A stretch of DNA of 59,007 bases from Syntrophales bacterium (GTDB taxonomy: Bacteria; Desulfobacterota; Syntrophia; Syntrophales; UBA2192). How positions within the stretch are numbered: the stretch's first letter is position 1; every line of letters begins with the position of its first letter. Below are positions 47,975 through 55,138 of the stretch, one piece after another. The notes beneath the pieces are model-generated. The model was not told the DNA's origin. It made no database searches and saw only the letters and a list, made by a program, of their open reading frames with translations. The position numbers and the translations under genes are program-made. Where the stretch lies: assembly GCA_035685905.1 (NCBI GenBank), contig DASRZY010000280.1, positions 1 through 59,007 of the forward strand, given 5' to 3'.

Positions 47975-48514
47975 ATGATGACTCGACAATTCAGCGTAGG
48001 GCTTCTCCTCCTGATCGCGCTGCTGATGAACCCGCTGACGCTCCAGGCAGCCGGTCAGCAGGATCCCCTGGTCGGCAAGAAGACCGTCAATTTTACCCTT
48101 TCCTCGACGGAGGACCGGGCAATCAACTACGGATCGGAATACTACGACAAGGCTTTCCTGATTATCACGTTCTTCCCGGCGGCCTACACCCCCGTTTGAA
48201 CTGGCGAAATGCAGGGACACCAGGCGAAACTGGCTGCCTACGGGTCCCTCAACGCCCAGGTCGTGGGCGTCAGCCGAGACGACGTGCAGACCCTCCAATA
48301 CTGGAAAAAACATCTGAGGTTGTCCTTCCCCCTGCTGTCCAACATCTCCGGCTACCTGGGAAACTCCTTTGGTGTCGTGAAGGAGGGAAAGTTCCCCTTT
48401 GAGCGGCGAACCGTCATTATCGACAAGAAGGCAACCATCCACTACGTGCGGGACGGGTCGCCCGATTATGACGAGATCCTCAGGGTGTTGAAAGACCTCA
48501 ACGAAGGCAAATAG
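47975..48514 (+). CDS. exported peroxiredoxin (AhpC/TSA-Bcp type), putative selenoprotein, TGA at 48197-48199
   Basis: Track ORFs 47975..48199 and 48209..48514 share a frame. The junction reads FFPAAYTPV-TGA-TGEMQGHQAKL..VVGVSRDD. Signal peptide ends LQAAG. Confidence 0.8.
48211..48237 (+). other. candidate SECIS-like stem-loop
   Basis: GCAG-ggaca-CCAG-gcgaaa-CTGG-CTGC. It starts 11 nt after the TGA. Confidence 0.35.
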
Positions 48515-48577
48515 AATTGTGTGGATTTTGGCGAGGGGAATCATTAAAATATCTCAAATTGAAAAGGAGGTTTCCCC

Positions 48578-48886
48578 ATGAGAATGAAATCGCCGCTTCT
48601 GGTGCTGATCACCGTGCTGCTTGTCGTCCTGATCGGCGCCTCTTCCGCGATGGCCAAGATGCGGACCGTGCAGGTCATGCTGCCGAACTGCGAGTGACCC
48701 TTCACCCGGGACAGGGTCAGTTGGACCCTCACAAATGTCGTCAAGACGGAAAAGGTGGAAGTCAACGAGTACTCGCACATCGCGACGATTACCTACGATG
48801 ACGAGAAAACGACCATCGAACAGATTGTCAGCGCCCTCGAAAAGGCAGGCTTCCCGCTCGATGGCCCGCCGAAATTCCTGAATTAA
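48578..48886 (+). CDS. exported MerP/HMA-like ferredoxin-fold protein, putative selenoprotein, TGA at 48695-48697
   Basis: Absent from the ORF track because both halves are under 60 aa. AAAAGGAGG RBS. Translation is MRMKSPLLVLITVLLVVLIGASSAMA-KMRTVQVMLPNCE-TGA-PFTRDRVSWTLTNVVKTEKVEVNEYSHIATITYDDEKTTIEQIVSALEKAGFPLDGPPKFLN, with a beta-alpha-beta-beta-alpha-beta pattern like HMA/MerP. Confidence 0.6.
48713..48729 (+). other. candidate SECIS-like stem-loop
   Basis: AGGGTC-agttg-GACCCT. Six perfect pairs with a G/U-containing loop. It starts 15 nt after the TGA. Confidence 0.4.
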
Positions 48887-48898
48887 CCCGTATCGTCG

Positions 48899-48938
48899 CC
48901 GGGGCGGTGGCCGGTGAAGGCCATCGCCCCGGTTTTTT
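48899..48938 (+). terminator. intrinsic terminator after the selenoprotein pair
   Basis: CCGGGGCG...CGCCCCGG stem followed by TTTTTT. Confidence 0.75.
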
Positions 48939-49006
48939 GCACAATCGCAGACTCATCTTTTTCTAACCGTGATCGCCTCTCTCACTGCGATCACGGCGAG
49001 AATCCC

Positions 49007-49249
49007 ATGGAAGGTTCAACGAGAGAACGGTTCATCCACGCCCTGATACGGTACCAGGAGAAGTTCGGCCAGGACAGGGCGTCGGTTATCCAGGAGAAAC
49101 TCGGGCAGCTCCGGGAGCAGATTGTCGCGGAAAACTCGGCCGATCTGGACTGGTTCCCCGACTGGAAAAAGAGGCAGATCCTCGAATCGCTCTTGGAGAA
49201 GACCTACCTGGGCCTCATCGCTGAAATGGAGCGCGAGAGCCAATCCTAG
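49007..49249 (+). CDS. hypothetical protein (80 aa)
   Basis: Start taken at MEGSTRERF, because the track start at 48914 lies inside the terminator. Helical, no family recognised. Confidence 0.4.
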   Translation: MEGSTRERFIHALIRYQEKFGQDRASVIQEKLGQLREQIVAENSADLDWFPDWKKRQILESLLEKTYLGLIAEMERESQS

Positions 49250-49345
49250 GGACCTGCGTCCCGCTGTCGCCGGGGACTCGCCCGTTCCCGGAGAATCAAC
49301 TTCCCAATCCCTCTTCGTGCCGCTCACAGCCTTCGGGAGGACACC

Positions 49346-50971
49346 ATGGAATTCAGCGTACTCATCGGCGGGGAAGCCGGCCAGGGGATGTTCTCCGTCG
49401 AGCTCGAGCTCTCGGATCTTCTTTCCAGGCTCGGCTACCATTTCTTTGCAACAAAAAACTACATGTCCCGAATCCGGGGAGGCCACAACTTCCACATGAT
49501 CCGCATATCCGACCGGCCGGTGCATGCCCTCAGCGGCAGGCCCTGGGACATGGTCATTGCCCTCGATGACGGCGAGACGGAGCGCCGCCACGGCCGCTCG
49601 CTCCGAGAGGGCGGGATCCTTCTCGGCAACGACAAGGTGAAAGATATCGAAAAGGAGGCTCGCGAGACGTTACAGGACGTCACCGCGTCCAACACGATCC
49701 TTGCGGGGATCATCCTGGCTGTCCTGGGTGCCGATCCGCTGAAGGCGAAAGCATCCGCATCCGATACACCCATGGCAGAGCGCCTGGAAAAGGGCCGGGT
49801 CTTTGCGCAGCGCTGGGGACTCGAGGGGAAAATCCCCGTTTCGGCCAAGGCCGGCGATCACTGCAAGCTCGATGGAAACCAGGCCCTCGCCCTGGGGGCG
49901 CTTCTGGGCGGATGCCAGTTCATGGCCGGTTACCCCATGACGCCCGCCACATCGATCATGCACTACTTCGCCACCGTTGCTGCCGAGTTGCCGGTTCACT
50001 TCGAACAGGCCGAAGACGAGATTGCCGCGATCAATATGGCTCTCGGGGCCTCCTATGCAGGGCTCAGGTCCATGGTCGCCACCGCAGGTGGCGGCTTTGC
50101 CCTCATGACGGAGGCCGTCTCGCTTGCCGGTATGACGGAAACGCCCGTCGTCATCGTCGTTGCACAGCGTCCGGGCCCGGCAACAGGGCTGCCGACGCGG
50201 ACAGAGCAGGGGGATCTCAATTTCGTACTCCATGCGGGACACGGCGAGTTCCCGAGAGTGATCTTCGCCCCGGGATCCATTGAAGAAGCCATCACATTGT
50301 CGCGCCTGAGCTTCGATGTGGCCGACCGCTGGCAGATACCCGTTTTCGTCCTGACGGACCAGTACTTCGCAGACTCCGTCCAGTTCATGGAAGGAAACGC
50401 CCCGACGGCGATGCTGCAGAGGCAGTTCCCCGTCTTCGAGGCCGGGTACCGGCGCTACGCCCTCACGTCCGACGGCGTCTCTCCCCTGACCTTCCCCGGG
50501 CTCTCGGAGGCCCGTATCGAGGCGGACTCCGACGAGCACACCGAGGATGGCAAGATAACCGAGGATCCGGATCTGCGGGCACGCATGGTGGACAAGCGGC
50601 TCCGGAAAATGGACGGGATCGCCATGGAAGCTCTCATGCCGGCCTGTTTCGGCGACCGCAAGGCCGGCACGATCCTCATCTCGTGGGGTTCGAACCGGCT
50701 CATTGTCCAGGAGGCGGTGGAGATCCTCCAGTCTGGAGGGGTGCCGGTCAGCGCCCTTCACTTTGGCCAGGTTTACCCCCTGACGCCGAAGATGGCGAAG
50801 GGGCTTTCGCGCAGGCGCCTGATCTGCATCGAGAACAATGCCACGGGCCAGTTCGCGCAACTGCTCAGGCGAGAGTTGGGCTTGAAGGTGGATCACCTCG
50901 TTCTGAAGTACAACGGAGAGTGTTTCACCGTTGATGAACTGGTTGAGAGGGTTCGAAAGATAATCGGTTGA
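49346..50971 (+). CDS. 2-oxoacid:ferredoxin oxidoreductase, fused gamma-alpha subunit
   Basis: The N-terminal gamma-type domain has GGEAGQG. The alpha domain has GYPMTPAT. The TPP-binding beta subunit follows. Confidence 0.85.
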   Translation: MEFSVLIGGEAGQGMFSVELELSDLLSRLGYHFFATKNYMSRIRGGHNFHMIRISDRPVHALSGRPWDMVIALDDGETERRHGRSLREGGILLGNDKVKDIEKEARETLQDVTASNTILAGIILAVLGADPLKAKASASDTPMAERLEKGRVFAQRWGLEGKIPVSAKAGDHCKLDGNQALALGALLGGCQFMAGYPMTPATSIMHYFATVAAELPVHFEQAEDEIAAINMALGASYAGLRSMVATAGGGFALMTEAVSLAGMTETPVVIVVAQRPGPATGLPTRTEQGDLNFVLHAGHGEFPRVIFAPGSIEEAITLSRLSFDVADRWQIPVFVLTDQYFADSVQFMEGNAPTAMLQRQFPVFEAGYRRYALTSDGVSPLTFPGLSEARIEADSDEHTEDGKITEDPDLRARMVDKRLRKMDGIAMEALMPACFGDRKAGTILISWGSNRLIVQEAVEILQSGGVPVSALHFGQVYPLTPKMAKGLSRRRLICIENNATGQFAQLLRRELGLKVDHLVLKYNGECFTVDELVERVRKIIG

Positions 50972-51036
50972 AGGAGGATGAAAATTCCCCCTCATCCTGG
51001 CACTCTTCAGATAAAGGAAGGGGAATTTCCCCCTCC

Positions 51037-51091
51037 TCCACTTCCTCCTCCCACCGGGGGAGGAGAACAGAGGAAAGGGACTTCACAGGGA
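51037..51091 (+). repeat. long imperfect intercistronic hairpin of pyrimidine/purine stutter arms
   Basis: TTCCCCCTCCTCCACTTCCTCCTCCC-accg-GGGGAGGAGAACAGAGGAAAGGGAC. The perfect core is CTCCTCCC/GGGAGGAG. Confidence 0.7.
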
Positions 51092-51116
51092 GAGGGAGCC
51101 TGAGAGGAGCAAATCC

Positions 51117-51938
51117 ATGTTGAGACAGGATATCGCCTGGTGCCCGGGTTGCGGGGATTTCCCCATACGGGCCACATTGGAAAAGGTCATCGGGGAGCTG
51201 CCGATACCGGGAAAAGACGTCGTTCTCACCTCGGGGATCGGCCAGGCGGCAAAGATGCCCCACTACCTGCCCTACAGCTATTTCAACGGTCTGCATGGCC
51301 GGTCGCTCCCGCTCGCCGTCGGGATCAAGCTTGCGCGCCCGGAGCTCACCGTCATTGCCGTCTCGGGGGACGGGTGCCAGTACGGGGAAGGGGGAAACCA
51401 CTTCATCCACACGATCCGGCGGCGCCTCGACATCACAATCCTCGCCTGCGACAACAAGGTGTACGGCCTCACGAAAGGCCAGAGTTCGCCGACGACGGAT
51501 CGGGGTATGAAAAATGCCCTGGACCCCGAGGGAAATGCGAACACCCCGTTCAGCCCGCTGGCCGTGGCCATCACCGTCGGTGCTCCCTTTGTGGCGAGGA
51601 CCTTTGCCGGCGACCCCCTTCACATGGAACAGGTCTTTCGAGAGGCGATCCTCTTCAAGGGGACGGCCGTCGTCGACATCCTCCAGCCCTGCGTCAGCTT
51701 CAACAAGGTGAACACGTATCAGTGGTATCGCGAGCGGGTCTACAGGCTGGAGGAGCCGTTCAAAGACCGCTACGAGGCAATCCGCGCAGCGGACAGCTGG
51801 GGCGATCGGATCCCCATCGGGATTTTCTACAGGGATGAGCAATTCGTCTGTCGGGAAGGAAAGGAGCTGTTTCGAAAATCCGTCACGGAAGAAGCCGTGG
51901 CAAGGCTTCTGGACACAAAGTGCATCATGATGCGTTAG
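51117..51938 (+). CDS. 2-oxoacid:ferredoxin oxidoreductase beta subunit (TPP-binding)
   Basis: WCPGCGDF start. GDGCQYGEGGNHF TPP motif. Confidence 0.9.
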   Translation: MLRQDIAWCPGCGDFPIRATLEKVIGELPIPGKDVVLTSGIGQAAKMPHYLPYSYFNGLHGRSLPLAVGIKLARPELTVIAVSGDGCQYGEGGNHFIHTIRRRLDITILACDNKVYGLTKGQSSPTTDRGMKNALDPEGNANTPFSPLAVAITVGAPFVARTFAGDPLHMEQVFREAILFKGTAVVDILQPCVSFNKVNTYQWYRERVYRLEEPFKDRYEAIRAADSWGDRIPIGIFYRDEQFVCREGKELFRKSVTEEAVARLLDTKCIMMR

Positions 51939-52334
51939 CAGGGGAAGGAGTCGGCAAGAACCCCTCGGGCGTCTTCGATGAGTCGTGAGATGGCAGGGAA
52001 TCGTCAAATTTCCGGCAGAATGACCGGCACGAGTGACAGTATTCCGTCACAATCCCCCAATCACCCGCCAGTAGTTTTCGTCTTTCTCGACTTCGGGCTT
52101 CCTCTTCCCCTTCTTTTTCATGGAGAGGAAGACGACGAAAAATACGATCATCCACGGCTGCTTCTGGGAAGTCTTCATCAGCCGACGGACAAGACCTTTC
52201 TCTATGTTCTCCAGAACCCCCACAAGCCCCGCCAATGCTGTCTTTGAACTTGCGCAGGAAGCGCATCAGCATTTTATATCTGACAAAACCGGGAGCTTGT
52301 AAAGATAAAACAATGACAAGAGGGAAAAGGGGCT

Positions 52335-52379
52335 AAAAAAAAGATTGGGTGCCAGGTGAAGGAGGGGAAACTGGCACCC
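52335..52379 (-). terminator. intrinsic terminator (minus strand)
   Basis: GGGTGCCAG-15 nt-CTGGCACCC. On the minus-strand RNA the stem is followed by AAUCUUUUUUUU. Confidence 0.65.
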
Positions 52380-52663
52380 AGAGAGAGATAAATGGGGTTT
52401 CAGGTTATCGGATTCGCTTTATATAATATGCAACAAGTGTGACAACATGTGCTTGCTTTGAAAAATAATTCAAATTTCATGGCCGGCATCGATCTGTAAC
52501 CAAGATGAACTTGATGCCATGCTGTTAGGAGATGTCCAGATGCTGAGCGCTGTCGCCTCAAGGGGCGAGTCCTCCAGCAACCCTGATCTTCAGTCTTGTT
52601 CTCAATGAGTGAATCGAGGAAGGGAACATCAGGGGCAGCAGATTGGTGTTTCTGATCGGCATT

Positions 52664-53158
52664 CTATCTGGACGCAACAGGTGCGGGCCGCCGCAGAATC
52701 AGGAAGGGGAGAACGATAAGTCCCGACAAATACTTGATTATTGCCTGCCCGATGATGGCAGGCCAGATCGGACCGAAGGCCAGCAGGACAAACACAAGGG
52801 AATCGACGGGGCAGGAGACGAGGTTGGACCAGACGACTCTGGAAACGAAGGAGCGCTTGAGAATCTTAAAGATAAACCAATCGAGGCTCTCTGAAACAAA
52901 AAAGGCCGTCATCGAAGCTAACGCTATGTCCATATTGAAGAAAAGCGTGATGATCGAAGCGGCGATCATCCAGCCCCAGGTGGCCCAGTCGCCCCAGTAG
53001 CGCTGAACAAAATCCCGGAACGAAAAGGTGAGCCCGATCCAGACGACCCCTGCAGGGAAAGTGAGCCCTGCAATGGTGACGATGCCGAACAGGATCACGA
53101 AGGCATTGCCCAGGAGTATGCTGAGGAGGTAAAGGAACCCCCAGATCCACTTCTTCAT
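52664..53158 (-). CDS. VUT-family (YhhQ/DUF165-like) queuosine-precursor transporter family protein
   Basis: 164-aa polytopic protein. GLTFSFRDFVQRYWG and ESLDWFIF..L...F.SRVVWSN patterns resemble the VUT family. Shorter than E. coli YhhQ. Confidence 0.65.
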   Translation of the reverse strand: MKKWIWGFLYLLSILLGNAFVILFGIVTIAGLTFPAGVVWIGLTFSFRDFVQRYWGDWATWGWMIAASIITLFFNMDIALASMTAFFVSESLDWFIFKILKRSFVSRVVWSNLVSCPVDSLVFVLLAFGPIWPAIIGQAIIKYLSGLIVLPFLILRRPAPVASR

Positions 53159-53283
53159 GGTACTGCTCCTACAATTTTTGTAGGGTTTTCTCTCAAGGAC
53201 GGCCTTTTATTTCACAGAACGACTCCCGATTCAAGGGTTTTCGCCTTGACGAGGTCCTGGCTTGTTGTTAGGGTTTGAACCGA

Positions 53284-53694
53284 ATGACGACAACCGGCTC
53301 AGACGATAAAAGGATCACGGTCACAGCCGCCATCATCGGAAGAGAGGGCAAAATTCTCATTGCCCGCCGCAAAAGAGGGGATCGCCAGGCCGACAAATGG
53401 GAGTTCCCCGGCGGGAAGCTCGAGGAAGGCGAGACTCCCGAGGTCTGCCTGCGGAGGGAATTGCGGGAGGAGTTCGGCATCGACGTCGCCGTGGGCGGAT
53501 TTGTCGGTCGCAGTTCCCATCGGTACCCCTATGGCGAGATCGATCTGCTGGCTTATCGCGTCACCCATCTCTCCGGGGATTTTCAACTCCACGATCACGA
53601 GGAGATCCGCTGGGTAGAGCCGGCAGATCTTCCATCCCATGATTTTTCCGCTGCCGATATCCCGATTGTGAAACTTCTACTTGAAGGGAAGTGA
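53284..53694 (+). CDS. NUDIX hydrolase (MutT-like nucleoside triphosphate pyrophosphohydrolase)
   Basis: NUDIX box GGKLEEGETPEVCLRRELREEFGI. Confidence 0.85.
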   Translation: MTTTGSDDKRITVTAAIIGREGKILIARRKRGDRQADKWEFPGGKLEEGETPEVCLRRELREEFGIDVAVGGFVGRSSHRYPYGEIDLLAYRVTHLSGDFQLHDHEEIRWVEPADLPSHDFSAADIPIVKLLLEGK

Positions 53695-53697
53695 ACA

Positions 53698-54534
53698 ATG
53701 CCCGTCGATCAGACCCCGAGGGAGCAAACCCTCATGCTCAACGGCCTCCGACTCCGAATCATTGAACGGGGCCCGGCGAGCGGACAGCCCATGATGCTTC
53801 TTCACGGAACCGGGGATAACGCCTGCACGTGGGATCTGCTTGCTCCCCACCTGGCATCTCATTTCCGTGTCATCGCCCTGGATCAGCGGGGGCACGGCAA
53901 AAGCGGCTGGGCCGTGCCGCCGGCCTACCGGTGCGGGGATTACATGCTCGATCTGACCGCACTGATCGACCATCTCGGCCTGGCCGGAATGATCCTGCTG
54001 GGGCATTCCATGGGAGCGCTGCACGCAACCCTTTATGCCGCGTTCAATCCCGGCAAGGTGGCCGCCCTCATCCATGTCGACATCGAGCCCTTCCCGCCGG
54101 ACTGGAACCGCAAATATCTCCTCGGTCTCTACAACAACCTCCCCGGCTCCTATGCCTCCCCGGAGGATTACATCGCGGAGATGGCCAGGAACAGCCCCCA
54201 CGCTCGCCGGGAACACCTGCAGGCCCTGGCGATGAAGTCTCTCCTGTGGCGTGACGGCCGGTGGCACAGGACGTACGACCGGGAGATCCTCGCCCGGTTC
54301 GACAACTACGACCTGCGGGGGAATCTTGCCGGGATCCGGTGCCCTGCCCTCATCGTGCGCGGCGCCGAAAGCCGCGTCCTCGGACGCCAGGCGGCGGAGG
54401 CGATGGCCGGGACCATCCCGGCCGGCGAGATGGCGGAGATTCCGAATGCAGCCCACCCGGCCCACCTGGACAACCCCGATGGGTTCCGGGAGGCCGTGAT
54501 GGGCTTTTTGAAAAAACATGGATTCATCTCATAG
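53698..54534 (+). CDS. alpha/beta-fold hydrolase
   Basis: HGTGDN, GHSMGA nucleophile elbow, C-terminal AAHPAHLD. Confidence 0.85.
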   Translation: MPVDQTPREQTLMLNGLRLRIIERGPASGQPMMLLHGTGDNACTWDLLAPHLASHFRVIALDQRGHGKSGWAVPPAYRCGDYMLDLTALIDHLGLAGMILLGHSMGALHATLYAAFNPGKVAALIHVDIEPFPPDWNRKYLLGLYNNLPGSYASPEDYIAEMARNSPHARREHLQALAMKSLLWRDGRWHRTYDREILARFDNYDLRGNLAGIRCPALIVRGAESRVLGRQAAEAMAGTIPAGEMAEIPNAAHPAHLDNPDGFREAVMGFLKKHGFIS

Positions 54535-54550
54535 CAGACAGGAGGTGCAG

Positions 54551-55123
54551 ATGGATATCTTTACGGCTATCAAGGAACGGAGGAGTTGTCGGAAGTTCCA
54601 TCCCGAAGCAATCAGCGATGCAGATATCGAGACTATCCTCGAGGCGGGCAACTGGGCCCCGTCATCCGCCAATCAGCAGCCCTGGGAATTCGTCGTCATC
54701 ACGAACGCGGGCATCAAGGAGAGGATCTTCTCCGAAAGCGAGATCTGCAAGCAAAAGCTCTTCGAGCGAAGCGGCTGGAAATGGCTGGAGAAATTCCCCA
54801 TCGACTTCGTGAAGGAAGCCCCCGTCGTCATCGCAGTGGTGGGCGACCCGAAAAAAAGCGGAGCCGACATGTTCCTCGACGAGGGCACCGGCCGGGGCTA
54901 CCTGGAGGGCTGCTCGGCCGCGGTTCAGAACATGATGCTCGCGGCTCACGCCCTGGGGCTCGGGAGCCTCTGGTTCACCCTCTTCGAGGCCGCGGTGGTG
55001 CGGCAAATCCTCGGTCTCGATGCGGGAAAAGATCCCGTTGCCCTGTTGTGCATCGGGAAGCCCGCCTTCACGGCCGGATCAAAGCGGAAGGATTTCCGTG
55101 AAAAAACAACGTACCTCCGGTAG
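54551..55123 (+). CDS. nitroreductase-family protein
   Basis: RRSCRKF, APSSANQQPWEFVVI. GGAGG RBS before ATG 54551. Confidence 0.85.
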   Translation: MDIFTAIKERRSCRKFHPEAISDADIETILEAGNWAPSSANQQPWEFVVITNAGIKERIFSESEICKQKLFERSGWKWLEKFPIDFVKEAPVVIAVVGDPKKSGADMFLDEGTGRGYLEGCSAAVQNMMLAAHALGLGSLWFTLFEAAVVRQILGLDAGKDPVALLCIGKPAFTAGSKRKDFREKTTYLR

Positions 55124-55138
55124 AAAACAGCATCGCCG

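Noticed and set aside
48914-49006. Upstream start (48914) of the track ORF 48914..49249.
   Set aside because: That start lies inside the terminator hairpin of the preceding operon. The internal ATG at 49007 is the earliest plausible start.
52400-52480. Calling the 26-codon CCHTCC micro-ORF a gene.
   Set aside because: It has no SD. Its codon usage is unlike the rest of the window. An open frame of this length can arise by chance. It is reported only as part of the AT-rich island finding.
53150-53300. preQ1 riboswitch upstream of the VUT transporter gene.
   Set aside because: I could not place the P1 stem, CCC and A-rich tail arrangement of preQ1-I on the leader. Only an SD-overlapping hairpin is supported. 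It is left as a low-interest item to test with covariance models.
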